NCBI GenBank assembly: GCA_964561385.1
Contig: CAZLPO010000001.1
Span: 11,467 to 58,338 of the forward strand
DNA: 46,872 nucleotides
Reading direction: 5' to 3'
DNA from: an uncultured Prevotella sp.
Lineage (GTDB): Bacteria > Bacteroidota > Bacteroidia > Bacteroidales > Bacteroidaceae
Part shown: positions 30,605 through 44,100 of the stretch, piece after piece
Position numbering within the stretch: the stretch's first letter is position 1
How the letters are laid out: each line of letters begins with the position of its first letter
Made by a program: the position numbers and the translations under genes
Notes under the pieces: model-generated
Told to the model about the DNA's origin: nothing
The model's database searches: none
What the model saw: the letters and a program-made list of their open reading frames with translations, nothing else

Positions 30605-32095
30605 TTATTCAGGGAGTATCGGGACACCCATCTCTGAGGCTTCCGCATCGTTCTTGTCGAGCTTGAACAACATGAACTTGGGATTCTCGGAGGTACAGGG
30701 TGTCCAGTTGAGAGATGAAGTCTCCTGGTCACCGTTCGGGTCGCCAAACTTAGCGAAGTTCGTCCAGGCCGTGAGCATCTTCTCTGCGAGATCCCAGTCG
30801 CCCTGTGTCCAGGGACGCCAGCAGTGAGCCAGCGACTTGAAGACGAACCACAGATCGGAGGAGTGGAAGGCACCTTTCAGACGATCGGTAATCTCTGGGT
30901 GCTTGCCATCGTCAGGCAACGGACGGGCAAACTCATACGCCCATGCCTTGGAGCCTTGCGCCTGACGCACCTTACAAAACTCTGCGATGCCAGGAGCCAT
31001 AGCCCCCAGGTCGTTCATCGTATAGCCAATCATATAGGGGACATCGGCAATCGAGCCTTCACGGGTGGCTGCATCAAAATGCTTCAGTGACACATAGCCA
31101 TCGACAATAGGACGCTGCATGAGAAAGAGGTCGGTCTTATTGACCATGTTATAGAGTTCGCCAACGGTATAGAGAATCTCCGTCGAGGCGGCACGCAGTT
31201 TCTGCAGGTCGGTCAGTCCGGCCCAGTCCATTACTTTCTTGGTCTCGGCCTCGCTTTCCTGCAGCGTGGGGTTGTAAGTGAAGAACTTGTTCATCGGCGT
31301 AGCTGGCTTAGCCTCCTCACCATCCTTAGCAGGCACATCGATGCCACCGCCACTCATGATGACTGCCTTATGGAACAGTCCACGGGCCAGGGGACTCTCA
31401 CACAGAGTACGCACACTGCCTGCGCCGGCACTCTGACCGAAGATAGTGACGTTGTCCGGGTCACCGCCGAACTGCGCAATATTGGCCTTCACCCATTTCA
31501 ACGACTGTATCTGGTCAAGGATGCCATAGTTGCCACTGACATGGTGGGGACTCTCAACCGAGAGTTCCGGATAGGTCATGAAACCAAAGATGCCAAGACG
31601 GTAGTTGATCGTAACGAGCACGACGTCCTTTGATGCCCACTCCTGACCGTCAAACTCAGGCTCTGTACCCCAGCCCTCACGGTAACCACCACCATGAATC
31701 CACAGGGCCACCGGCAGTTTCTTATCGGCCTGACCGGGCGCCTTTGTCCAGACATTCAAATAGAGACAATCCTCACTATAGGGTGCCTCATCGCCGTACC
31801 CCCACTCCGAAGCATAAAAGCCAGGATAATGGACAGCCTGATAGCCGGGATGACCGAACTTATCACAGATGCGAATGCTATCCCAGGCAACGACAGGCTG
31901 TGGTTCTTTCCAGCGCAGATCACCAATAGGAGCGGCAGCGTACGGGATACCCTTGTACACAAACACACCGGGATTCTCGGCACGGACACCTTGAATCTGT
32001 CCGCCTTCAATCGTCAATACTGGGTTGTTACCTTCCTCACCGGAAGAGCAACCCAGGAATGCCAGTAATGGCAATAATAGCAATAGTTTTCTCAT
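30605..32095 (-). CDS. Type-B carboxylesterase, lipoprotein
   Basis: Lipobox FLG-C-SS; YKGIPYA, SEDCLYLNVW, WIHGGG, NYRLG, FGQSAG, AFHSSD, FAKFGDPN. Confidence 0.9.
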   Translation of the reverse strand: MRKLLLLLPLLAFLGCSSGEEGNNPVLTIEGGQIQGVRAENPGVFVYKGIPYAAAPIGDLRWKEPQPVVAWDSIRICDKFGHPGYQAVHYPGFYASEWGYGDEAPYSEDCLYLNVWTKAPGQADKKLPVALWIHGGGYREGWGTEPEFDGQEWASKDVVLVTINYRLGIFGFMTYPELSVESPHHVSGNYGILDQIQSLKWVKANIAQFGGDPDNVTIFGQSAGAGSVRTLCESPLARGLFHKAVIMSGGGIDVPAKDGEEAKPATPMNKFFTYNPTLQESEAETKKVMDWAGLTDLQKLRAASTEILYTVGELYNMVNKTDLFLMQRPIVDGYVSLKHFDAATREGSIADVPYMIGYTMNDLGAMAPGIAEFCKVRQAQGSKAWAYEFARPLPDDGKHPEITDRLKGAFHSSDLWFVFKSLAHCWRPWTQGDWDLAEKMLTAWTNFAKFGDPNGDQETSSLNWTPCTSENPKFMLFKLDKNDAEASEMGVPILPE

Positions 32096-32106
32096 GTTTA
32101 TGGTTA

Positions 32107-34167
32107 TTAGTTGATCAGGAATATCTTGGTCTTGCCATTGTAGGTAGCCTTCACCGTGGCACGGCCCTCAACGATGGGACTGATGTCGAACTTCACGCCA
32201 GGCACCGAGGCAGAAGCCTTCAGTTTGCCACCAGCCTTCAGCGGACCGTACACCTGATAGCGGATGGCATCAGTCAGACCATTCTGGTTGGTACAGCGGA
32301 TGGGGGTCGAAGGGATATTCAGCATCTGCCCATCGGCGGTAATGGTGACCTGAGGCACAGGAACAGGATTGACTGCCTGACCACCTTTGGCAAAGCCGAT
32401 GCCATGGAGATCAAACAACCCCTCGGGACGCTGGGGCTGCTGAGAACGAGGTCCCCACTGGCGACCTTGTGGCTGCTCAGGCTGTTTCACATCAGGACCT
32501 TCAGCCACGAGGTAGATGGCATGCTTGCCCGTCAGTCCTTCCACGTCAGGAACATTGATCTGGTAGGTCATAGCTGCCTTGGGGGCATCGGCAGGAATGT
32601 CGAAGACGCCAATCTCCCGGCCATTCCAAACACTATTAGCATAGGGCCCATCAAGCATGACATGTATCTTGAAAGCACCCTTACCATTCGATGTGAGATT
32701 GAGGCAGAGAGCCGTACCGTCACCCTTATTCGTACCGCCAAAGGCCTTGGTACCCTTGGTATCCTTGCCCAAGCCGCCGAAGCCGAAATACTTGAAACCA
32801 ATAATACCGCCATTCTGGATGCCAGCCAGATCCATTGAGTTGTTCCACACATCATGATTGTCCTGCATATACTGGTTGGCATTGGGACCAGCCATATAAC
32901 AGGCGATACCAGCTGAATAGTAAGCATAGGGGGGCAGACCAAAGATCTGGAAACCCTCGCTGGTTACCTCGGCACCGGTGTAGTGGTTGCCGTCGGCAGC
33001 CTTTGCTGTCCATTCGTTGTTCTTCACATAGGGGTCATAACCTGTAATTCTGACGATGCCACCCTTGGCAACGGGTTTCTTATCCCATGTAATTTTCACC
33101 GGAGCCACCATGGCCTGACGGGCGTTGCCGAAGCCACGCGGCGGACGGTGGTAGAATACATACCACTGACCATTGATCTCCTGCAATGAACCATGAGTAT
33201 TATGAGCGGCATTGGTCGTCATCAGCTTAGAGCCGTCCTCGTTCAACACCACACCACGCGAGTCGACCAGCACACCACCGGAGCGCCAGGGACCCAGCGG
33301 CGAATCACCGAAGGCATAGCGCAGGGCAGAGTTCGTGTTGCCCAATCCGTACTCCTTGCCGGAGTAGCCCGAGAACACCATCACATACTTATTGCCCACC
33401 TGACGGATGCTGGAAGCCTCAAAGAAATTGAAGTCCAGTGGATTCTGTCCCTTGTAGAGAGCCTTGTACTCGCTGCCTTCCTTGTCCAACAGTCGGCCAT
33501 CGGCGCTACTGGCAGGGATAAAGGGATCTATCAGGTCCGTGCCCTCACGCTTCGAGTACATGGTTTTCTGATCAAGTTCACAGGCAGTGCTGTGCTGGAA
33601 TCCATAGAACACATAGGCACGATAGCCTATGTTATAGTCGGGGTCTTTTTTGTCGGTAATCTTCTCAATGAACACCGAAGGGTCGAAGTCGATGAGTGAG
33701 CCCGGCAGACAGCGAGTGCCATCCTCCGTCAGGTTCACGGGTGTGAAAGGACCATTGGGACGGTCGCTCTTACACACCATGGCGATGCGGCCCCAGCCGC
33801 GGCTGTGGGGATAGAGCCAGTAGGTCTTCTTGCCTGTTGCACGGTCGGTGGTCTCCACAAGGTCAGGTGCGAACATGGTGTCCCACTGGCCGTTGACAAA
33901 CCATGAGAAGATCGGACCCTCGTCGCGCCACTGCGACAGGTCTTCGACGGGCGCCGACCACATACGGATGTCATTACCACAGTAAGCGGAATAGGTGATG
34001 TCGTGCGAACCGATGATATAGGCCCGAAACTTCCCAGGCTGGTCAGGATCCTCAAACACACGGGGTTCGCCATCAGGCAGATGCTCCCACAGGGGGAGGT
34101 AAGGGTTCTGTGCATTGGCCGTAGTAGCGGCAGCAAGCAACAGCAGGTTAAGTAACAGTTTTTTCAT
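32107..34167 (-). CDS. GH43-like five-bladed propeller glycosidase with extended C-terminal domains
   Basis: Start MKKLLLN (ATG 34167); NPYLPLWEH-x-PDGEPRVF, FAPD, FDPSV, FFEASS, NTHGS, WYVFYHR. Confidence 0.7.
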   Translation of the reverse strand: MKKLLLNLLLLAAATTANAQNPYLPLWEHLPDGEPRVFEDPDQPGKFRAYIIGSHDITYSAYCGNDIRMWSAPVEDLSQWRDEGPIFSWFVNGQWDTMFAPDLVETTDRATGKKTYWLYPHSRGWGRIAMVCKSDRPNGPFTPVNLTEDGTRCLPGSLIDFDPSVFIEKITDKKDPDYNIGYRAYVFYGFQHSTACELDQKTMYSKREGTDLIDPFIPASSADGRLLDKEGSEYKALYKGQNPLDFNFFEASSIRQVGNKYVMVFSGYSGKEYGLGNTNSALRYAFGDSPLGPWRSGGVLVDSRGVVLNEDGSKLMTTNAAHNTHGSLQEINGQWYVFYHRPPRGFGNARQAMVAPVKITWDKKPVAKGGIVRITGYDPYVKNNEWTAKAADGNHYTGAEVTSEGFQIFGLPPYAYYSAGIACYMAGPNANQYMQDNHDVWNNSMDLAGIQNGGIIGFKYFGFGGLGKDTKGTKAFGGTNKGDGTALCLNLTSNGKGAFKIHVMLDGPYANSVWNGREIGVFDIPADAPKAAMTYQINVPDVEGLTGKHAIYLVAEGPDVKQPEQPQGRQWGPRSQQPQRPEGLFDLHGIGFAKGGQAVNPVPVPQVTITADGQMLNIPSTPIRCTNQNGLTDAIRYQVYGPLKAGGKLKASASVPGVKFDISPIVEGRATVKATYNGKTKIFLIN

Positions 34168-34195
34168 TGCAATGTTATTGGTTGTTATTTGCGTG

Positions 34196-34263
34196 CAAAG
34201 ATAACAAAAAAATGCGGCAGTCGCCTGCCGCATTTGTATCTTATGCTTTCCTATTTGTAACAT
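34196..34263 (-). promoter_or_regulatory. Promoter (TATCTTTG) containing the upstream gene's terminator hairpin and a 21-bp-period direct repeat
   Basis: caaagata 34196-34203; aaatgcggcag-tcgc-ctgccgcattt hairpin; atttgtatc (34232) and atttgtaac (34253). Confidence 0.65.
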
Positions 34264-34267
34264 CGCG

Positions 34268-36568
<2,301 letters not shown>

Positions 36569-36575
36569 TCACACA

Positions 36576-38357
36576 TCACTTAACTACCACCTTTCTGCTG
36601 ACCGTCTTACCACTAGCCGTTGTCTGCTGACGGATGTAGAGACCACTCTTCGGACTCTCCACCGGCTGCCCCGAAAGCGTGTAGTAACGGACGGAGGAGA
36701 CGCTGGCCGTCTCTGGAGAGTCGATGCCTGTAGCATTGCCGGTGCGCTGGATGGCAGCCTGTCCAATCAGAAGGTCTGCCCAAGGAGCGTCTGCCGTATA
36801 GAAGGTCACATAATAGCGCGCTTTCTCGTTGATCTCGAAGTTCAAGGTCTCTAACGAGGTACCTGAGAAAGAGTTCCCGGCACCATTGCCGACGTTCGCC
36901 GTCGGTGTGAACGTACCTGCCCACGCCTCGCGACCGTCTGTCGTCTCCACAGCAACGGTCACTGGCGAGAAGTCTGACTGGTTCCAGTTAGCCACACGGG
37001 TCATAATCCTGTATTTGCCGGGGCCGAGCGTAAGTGTCACCGACGTGCCTTCGTCACCAAAGCGGGCATAGCCCTCACGGGTCTTACCATCAACGTTGCG
37101 GGTATAGAGTCCCCACTCGAAGTCATGCTTTTCACCGGTGAGGTGGAACAGACGACTGCCCTGCGAGTAGTCTGACGACAGTCCAGTACGCTTCTCCACA
37201 CCGTCAAAGGTTGTCCAACCTTCAGGCACAGAGCCCTCCACCGTGAATGTCTTATGCATCAGATAGGTGCCCGTAGGCTCCGCAACGTTAATTGTCACCT
37301 CGGCCGTAGCAGTGCGTCCGTCATTGTCGGTAGCTACGGCACGAATTGCATGTTCACCCTTCTTCAGACCTTTCACCTCGTAGCTGTATGGGGCTTTCGT
37401 CACCTTTTTCAGTAGTGTCTCGCCGTCATAGAACGAAACGCTGACTATACGTCCGTCGCTGTCCGATGCGGTAGCGGTTACTGTCACAGGTGGTACGTCC
37501 GACGTTGCTCCGAAAGTGATGAACGACAGTCCTGTAGTGGGTGCCGTAATCTGCACCGACGGGTCTTTCATGTCAAGCGAGTACTTCTTGCAGAATTTCC
37601 AGATTTCCTCACCTGTATATACACCATAGTCATTGGAAATCCAGTGACCCTTGTCAGCCAACTCCATCAGCACCACCTCGACGCCGTCCTTACCTGGCCC
37701 CCAAGTATGGCGGGTGATATGAGGTGCACCGCGATACTTCTTCTCCACCTTAGCCGTCGTGGGACAGCCATTATGCTTAATCCAAACGTTCAGGGCACCC
37801 TGCACGCCACCGAAGTTCACCACATCGTCACCCGTACCATGAGTGTGGATAATGGGGATGGGGCGTACTTTCGAGTCGGCCGTCGTTCCCCACATCGGAT
37901 AGCCGCTTATCGGTGCGAAGGCTGCAATCCTGTCAGGAATCTTGTTCATAGCGTGGTAAGTGAACATACCACCCATCGAAAAGCCCGACAGATAGACGCG
38001 GTTACGGTCCACATTGTACTTTTTCACCATCTGGTCGATGAGCACCTTCATAAAGTTGATGTCCTTGTCGCCAGAGATGTCCCAGCTATTGCCCTCCCCC
38101 TGCGGGAAGACGGTCAGAAAATGGCCGTTGTTGGCGGTTGCATCAATACTGAGCATGCCTTTCTGGTAGTTGGCATCCTGGTTCATACCGTGACAGGAGA
38201 TGAGCATAGCGGGCATACTGTCCAGTTTCGTGGGTTCGTAGGCGATGTAGGTACGTTTCTTTCCGTTAACGGTCACCGAACCGTTGACATACTTGCCGGC
38301 CGATGCCACGAGGGTCATCGTGCCGAGCATCAGACTAAGTATCAGTTTCCTTTTCAT
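36576..38357 (-). CDS. Secreted CE1/PHB-depolymerase-like esterase with Ig-like and unknown domains and T9SS-type tail
   Basis: Start MKRKLIL (ATG 38357); LISCHG, RVYLSGFSMGG, HTHGTGDDVV, KGHW; ATASDSDG...VSFY...APY Ig-like domain; tail YYTLSGQ...GLYI...RKVVVK. Confidence 0.8.
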   Translation of the reverse strand: MKRKLILSLMLGTMTLVASAGKYVNGSVTVNGKKRTYIAYEPTKLDSMPAMLISCHGMNQDANYQKGMLSIDATANNGHFLTVFPQGEGNSWDISGDKDINFMKVLIDQMVKKYNVDRNRVYLSGFSMGGMFTYHAMNKIPDRIAAFAPISGYPMWGTTADSKVRPIPIIHTHGTGDDVVNFGGVQGALNVWIKHNGCPTTAKVEKKYRGAPHITRHTWGPGKDGVEVVLMELADKGHWISNDYGVYTGEEIWKFCKKYSLDMKDPSVQITAPTTGLSFITFGATSDVPPVTVTATASDSDGRIVSVSFYDGETLLKKVTKAPYSYEVKGLKKGEHAIRAVATDNDGRTATAEVTINVAEPTGTYLMHKTFTVEGSVPEGWTTFDGVEKRTGLSSDYSQGSRLFHLTGEKHDFEWGLYTRNVDGKTREGYARFGDEGTSVTLTLGPGKYRIMTRVANWNQSDFSPVTVAVETTDGREAWAGTFTPTANVGNGAGNSFSGTSLETLNFEINEKARYYVTFYTADAPWADLLIGQAAIQRTGNATGIDSPETASVSSVRYYTLSGQPVESPKSGLYIRQQTTASGKTVSRKVVVK

Positions 38358-38377
38358 ATAGTTCCGGTTTTTGGCTG

Positions 38378-38445
38378 CAAAGGTACAGCAAAAAAGCGAC
38401 ACAGGCAGTCTCTGCTTGTGTCGCTTTCTTTTCTGTATGTTGCAT
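38378..38445 (-). promoter_or_regulatory. Promoter/terminator cassette, copy 2
   Basis: caaaggta (-7 box); aaagcgacaca...tgtgtcgcttt hairpin; tgttgcat at 38438. Confidence 0.7.
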
Positions 38446-41007
38446 TTACTCTGAAACGAAGCGGTAAGACTGGCCTGCCTGCGTCTCTAAGTCATACTCA
38501 TAGACCCGACGTAATGTGGGCTGAGGCATGATCTTCAGTTCGTTGCTCCGCAGCGGCTCCTTGATGGCGGCTGGAGCCAGTAAGGCGTTGGGGCAAGCAC
38601 CAGTAGCGACCGACAGTCCCGCACCCTTCGGTTCCTTGGCCAGACGCAGGGGCACGTAGGAGCGCAGCCTCAGCACACCACCGATAGTCGAGCGTATGGT
38701 CGCAGAACGCATAGATCCTTCGGTCCATTCCTCATCCACCACAAAGCCACCACGCGCTCTCAAGCCCTTCACGTTACCTTGAGTCCAAGCTTCCGGCAGG
38801 GCCGGCAGCAGGTGTACGGCACCGTCGTGACTCTGCACCAGCATCTCGCAGATGCCTGCCGACACACCGAAGTTTCCGTCAATCTGGAACGGTGGATGGG
38901 CATCGAAGAGGTTCGGATAGGTGCGGCCGTCAGGGAATTGGCGCATTTTTGAATCGTCAGGCAGCAGGTGCAGCATATTCTTGATAATCTGGAAGGCATG
39001 ATTGCCGTCGAGCATACGTGCCCAGAAGTTGGTTTTCCAGCCCAGACTCCAGCCCGTAGCCATATCGCCGCGCTGTTTCAGCGTGTTACCAGCAGCTGCA
39101 AAGAGATCGGGGTGCGAGTAAGGCGATATCTGGTTCGAGGGGTACAGGCCATAGAGATGCGAGATATGACGGTGTTCATCCTTCGGATCATCGGCATCAA
39201 TGAGCCACTCCTGCAGCTGACCATAGCGGCCAATCTGCATCGGTGCCAAGTTTGCCAACGCAAACCGCAGTCTGGGAATCATCTCAGAATACCCATTGTC
39301 TCCATCAGCTCTAGCCTCTTCGGCCAGCACCTCAGCAGCCCGCAGCGTCTGCGACAGCACGTCGAAGGCTATCTGGTTGTCCATTGTCGAACCGGCACAC
39401 ACATTGGTGCCCTTGCCCATCGGTCCGTGCTCGGGCGACACCGTGGGAACGGTCATCAGCCAGCCAGCGGCCTGCTTTACCTCACCGGCTGCCGGATAAG
39501 TCTGCATATAGTCGAGCAGGAAGTCGGCAGCGCCCTTCAAAACGGGGAAGTATTTGACCAGGAAGGCCTTGTCGCCAGTATAGAGGTAATGCTGCCAGAT
39601 ATGTGTCGTCAGCCAGGCGCCACCAGTGGGGAACATTCCCCAGGGCGTACCATCAACAGGTCCGGCGATGCGCCAGAGGTCGGTGTTGTGGTGGGCCACC
39701 CAGCCGCGACAGCCGTACATCGTCCGAGCGGTCTCGGCACCGGTCTCGCTGAGGTCGCGTATCATCGAGAATAGCGGCTCCTGCGTCTCGGCGAGGTTGC
39801 CGACGAGGGCAGGCCAGTAGTTCATCTCGGCATTGATGTTGATGGTGTACTTCGAGTCCCACGGGGCGTTCATCTTGTCGTTCCACACACCCTGCAGGTT
39901 GGCGGGCTGACCGCCTGGCTGCGAGGACGAGATGAGCAGATAACGGCCGTATTGCATCATCAGCGCCACCAGCCCCAGATCGCTGGGGTCTTTCTCAAAG
40001 GCAGCCACACGCTCATCGGTCGGCAGCTCACTCCCATAAGACCCATGAGACCCATAGGTCCCATTCCCCAGCACCAGACTTACGCGGTTGTACTGCCCTT
40101 GGTACTTCTTCACATGACTGGCCAGCAGTTGCTTATAAGGCTTACCCTTCACGCTGGCCAGCGTCTCGTTGTTCTTCTTCACCGGGTTGCCGCTGACATC
40201 CTTGTAGTTCACAAAGTTTGTGGCAGCGGTGATATAGAGGGTAGCGGTGGTGGCATTGGCCACACGCAGCTTGTCGGCGCCGCGCTCTACCCTGCCGTCG
40301 GCCTCTACCAACACCCGGCACTCGGCCTTCAGTCCAGCCTTGATGCCCTCCTGTTCAACGCCATCGACAACGGCCGCCAGTTCGTTGACCTCACCGCTGA
40401 TGCCCTCATGACTGGAAACAGTAAATATTTGCTTTTGCAGCTGACTCGTAAAACCGATGTCGAACGACAGAGCCCCTTTCTTGCCCGCCTTCAACTGCAC
40501 GACAATCACCTTGTCGCCTTGCGAGGCAAAGACCGTACGCTCGTACTTGACCCCATTATATATATAAGAGGTAGTGGCAGTCGCATCGCCGAGGTTCAGC
40601 GCACGCTGGTAGCCCGTCACATCCTTGTGGCCCAGCGACAGCTTCAGACTGCCCATCGGCAGGAAGCGCATACCGTGAGGACCTTTGATGAAGTGGCGGT
40701 CAATGAGCTTTGCGGCCTCAGCCTCCTTTCCTTCAAATACGAGCCGACGCACTTCGGGCAGCGCTGCCAGCGACTCTGTCGAGTTGTTGTTATGAGGCTG
40801 TCCGCTCCAAAAAGTCTCTTCGTTCAACTGAATTTCCTCCACATCGGTGCCGCCATAGACCATCGCCCCCATCTGGGAGTTTCCTACGGGCAAGGCCTCC
40901 AACCAGTGGGCGGCAGGCTTCGTGTACCACAGGCGGTACTGCTGTGCCTTGACCGTCAGACACACGGCGGTCATCAGCATGATTGTCAGGATTCTGTTTC
41001 TCATCAT
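38446..41007 (-). CDS. GH95 alpha-L-fucosidase / alpha-L-galactosidase
   Basis: LWY-x2-[76 protein letters not shown]. Confidence 0.93.
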   Translation of the reverse strand: MMRNRILTIMLMTAVCLTVKAQQYRLWYTKPAAHWLEALPVGNSQMGAMVYGGTDVEEIQLNEETFWSGQPHNNNSTESLAALPEVRRLVFEGKEAEAAKLIDRHFIKGPHGMRFLPMGSLKLSLGHKDVTGYQRALNLGDATATTSYIYNGVKYERTVFASQGDKVIVVQLKAGKKGALSFDIGFTSQLQKQIFTVSSHEGISGEVNELAAVVDGVEQEGIKAGLKAECRVLVEADGRVERGADKLRVANATTATLYITAATNFVNYKDVSGNPVKKNNETLASVKGKPYKQLLASHVKKYQGQYNRVSLVLGNGTYGSHGSYGSELPTDERVAAFEKDPSDLGLVALMMQYGRYLLISSSQPGGQPANLQGVWNDKMNAPWDSKYTININAEMNYWPALVGNLAETQEPLFSMIRDLSETGAETARTMYGCRGWVAHHNTDLWRIAGPVDGTPWGMFPTGGAWLTTHIWQHYLYTGDKAFLVKYFPVLKGAADFLLDYMQTYPAAGEVKQAAGWLMTVPTVSPEHGPMGKGTNVCAGSTMDNQIAFDVLSQTLRAAEVLAEEARADGDNGYSEMIPRLRFALANLAPMQIGRYGQLQEWLIDADDPKDEHRHISHLYGLYPSNQISPYSHPDLFAAAGNTLKQRGDMATGWSLGWKTNFWARMLDGNHAFQIIKNMLHLLPDDSKMRQFPDGRTYPNLFDAHPPFQIDGNFGVSAGICEMLVQSHDGAVHLLPALPEAWTQGNVKGLRARGGFVVDEEWTEGSMRSATIRSTIGGVLRLRSYVPLRLAKEPKGAGLSVATGACPNALLAPAAIKEPLRSNELKIMPQPTLRRVYEYDLETQAGQSYRFVSE
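40033..40064. repeat. Nonamer repeat (CCCATRRGW)x3.5 inside GH95
   Basis: cccataaga cccatgaga cccataggt cccat; encodes [10 protein letters not shown]. Confidence 0.75.
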
Positions 41008-41030
41008 TGTCTTTGATTAGGTTTTGGCTG

Positions 41031-41141
41031 CAAAGATAAGTATTATTTCTCTTTTTACGAAATGAAAATGCAAAAAGAGACGTTTTCCCATGCTTATGCA
41101 ACGAAAAAAGATTGCCAATTACAGAAAAATGTCTACTTTTG
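41031..41141. promoter_or_regulatory. Divergent -7 boxes for GH95 (-, 41031-41038) and HTCS (+, 41134-41141)
   Basis: TATCTTTG and TACTTTTG matches. Confidence 0.7.
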
Positions 41142-41159
41142 TGCCAAATTCTACGACCT

Positions 41160-44100
41160 ATGACAGCAAAAAGACTGACAAGTGCGATTTTGTTTCATCT
41201 CCTGATGCTCACGACCGTGATAGCCAGGACCGGACAGTTCATTCCGTCAGACCGTTTCTCCAGCGGCCTCATCAACAGTATATACCAAGACCAGTACGGC
41301 TATATGTGGATTGCCACCGAGAACGGTCTGAACAAGTACGACGGCTACACCTTTACCTCCTACCTCCACCAGCCGGGCGACAGCACATCGCTAGCCAGCA
41401 ATGTGGTGATCAGTCTCTATCAGGACCGTCAGGGACGACTGTGGGTAGGAACGCGTCTCGGTGTTTCACGCTACGACTACGACACCGACCGGTTCGTACA
41501 CTATACCTTCTCCACCAATGAGCATCCGCACGTCAACCACATCATCGAGCGCAAGAACGGCGAGCTGCTCTTCGGCACATCGGGACGTGGCCTTTATGCG
41601 CTCAAGGACGACATACTCGAAAAAGTGCCCGACGGCTACACCACCGGCTCGGGCAACTGGTTCTATAACCAGATGATGGAGGACAGCCAGGAGCGCTTCT
41701 GGAAGTGCGGCTACGGCGAGGAGGTGACCATGAAGGATCGTACGGGCGTACATCAGATGTATGTGGACCAGTCTATCATTGCCGGTATCATTGAGTATGG
41801 ACAGGAAGTACTCACCATCTGTCCACACAGCATCTTCAGCTACCGCAACGGCACGTTTACCAAGTCCGACATCGACCTTACGGCGTTAGGCAATGATCAG
41901 GTTATCATGCGCACCGCCTTCAAGGACCATCTGGGAAATATCTATATAGGTACGCGCGGAGACGGACTCTTCATGCTGCCCAAGAGCAGCCGCCGTCTGG
42001 AGCGCGTAGAGTGCACGCTGAACGGGCTCGACCTGAACACGGCCAAGATATGGGCCATCAGCGAAGACCGCATGGGTAACATCTGGATTGGCTGCCAGTC
42101 GAAAGGTCTGGTCATCCTGCCAAGCAAGGAAACGCAGTTCGCAGCCTGGAGCTTCTCAGCCCAGCACTATTTCATCGGCTCAACCATCACGTCGCTCTGT
42201 CAAGGGGCACAGAACATCACCTGGTGCACCGTACAGGGCAGCGGCGTTTTCGGCTTTGACAGCACAGGACGCATCGTAGCCCACCCGGCAGCCCCCTCTT
42301 CTGTGGAGTCTATCTACCGCGACCCCCAGGGCCGTTACTGGATAGGTACCGATGTAGCTCTCTACGCCTACGACCCGCTGACAGGCCGCTACAGCTTGGA
42401 GGTGTCGCTTGTAGGCGAGAAAGTGAACGCCATCGTGGGCGACGACAACGGCGTACTCTATATCTCCACCTACTCGCGCGGATTCAGCTGCTACGACACA
42501 AAAGACGGGACGCTGCGCAAATTTCTGGCTACCGACCCGGAGAGTCCGCGCGGACGACTTTGCAACAACTGGGTGATGGCGATGCTGCGCGACCACGCAG
42601 GACGCATCTGGCTGGCTACGACAGCTGGCGTTTCGTGCTACGACCCGAAGAGCGACAGTTTCCGCTCACAGGGCTGGGAGCACCTGATGGACGGCATGAT
42701 CTGCTACTCCATCTGTGAGACGAAGCGGGGCGACATCCTGATTGGTACCGATCAGGGTATCTACCGCTATCATCCGGGCGACCAAGAGGCAAAGCTGTTT
42801 GCTGAAGGCAACGGGCTGGCAGACAAGGCGATTGCCTATATTGCCGAGGCACGTAACGGTGACATCTGGTGCGCTACGTCTATGGGCATCTGGCAGTTCG
42901 ACGTCAAGAAGAAACAGTTCATCGGTCACGTCAACGGCAATGGTCTGACCAACAAGGAATACGTCAACAGCGTCGGAATGTCCGCTGGCGGCGACATCAT
43001 CTACTTTGCCAACAACGATGGTCTGACGGTCTTCCAGCCGGCGATGGCCACCGGCAGCCACAGCCAACTGCCTGACGTCAAGTTGACTGGCATCAGCTTC
43101 AACGGCAACCGCCTGAGCCCGTTGTCCGACGACTATACGGTGTCCTATGACGACAACAGCATCGTCCTGCAGTTCTCGCTGCTCGACTTCAACAACCCCG
43201 CAAACATCATCTACGAGTACCGCATCAACGACGGCAAGTGGATGCAGACGCCTGAGGGACAGAACTCCATTCAGCAGAGTCACCTGCAGCCCGGCACCTA
43301 TAAGATTGAGGTACGCGCACTTGCCGCCGGCAACTACTCGCCAGTGAAGGTCATCACGGTTCACGTCACACCGCCCTGGTATCGCTCCACATGGGCGTAT
43401 GGGGTTTATCTGATAGGACTCATAGGACTCATAGGACTGATAGGACTGATGCTGCGCCGGCGCGCCCACCAGCAGATGGACGAGGAGAAGATGAAGTTCC
43501 TCATCAACGCCACACACGACATCCGCTCGCCGCTGACGCTCATCATGGGAGCACTCGGGAAGTTGAAGGAGATTAAGGGTGAAGTCTCTAACGCCGCCCA
43601 GCTCTCAACGCCCATCGACACCATCGACCGCAACGCACAGCGCCTGCTGCTGCTGGTCAACCAGATTCTGGACGAGCGCCGGCTCGACAAGAACCAGATG
43701 CAACTGCATTGCCGCGAGACCAACCTCGTGGAATTCATCAGCGGCATCTGTAAGCTCTACCAGTACAACGCTGGACAGCGAAACATCACCTTCACCTTCG
43801 AGCACGACAAGGATCACGTGCTGGCTTGGGTTGACCGCATCAACTTCGACAAGGTCGTCTCCAACCTCCTCTCCAACGCCTTCAAGTACACCTACGACGG
43901 CGGCGAGGTAAAGGTGGTGCTGCAGGAGCACGACAAGGACATCGAGATACAGGTCGTCGACAACGGTATGGGCTTCAAGGGCGACGACGCCTCCCACCTG
44001 TTCGACCGCTTCTATCAGGGTCACAACTCCGTCATCCTGGGAATGCAGGGCACCGGCATCGGACTGAACCTCTGCCGCGCCATCACCGAGATGCACGGCG

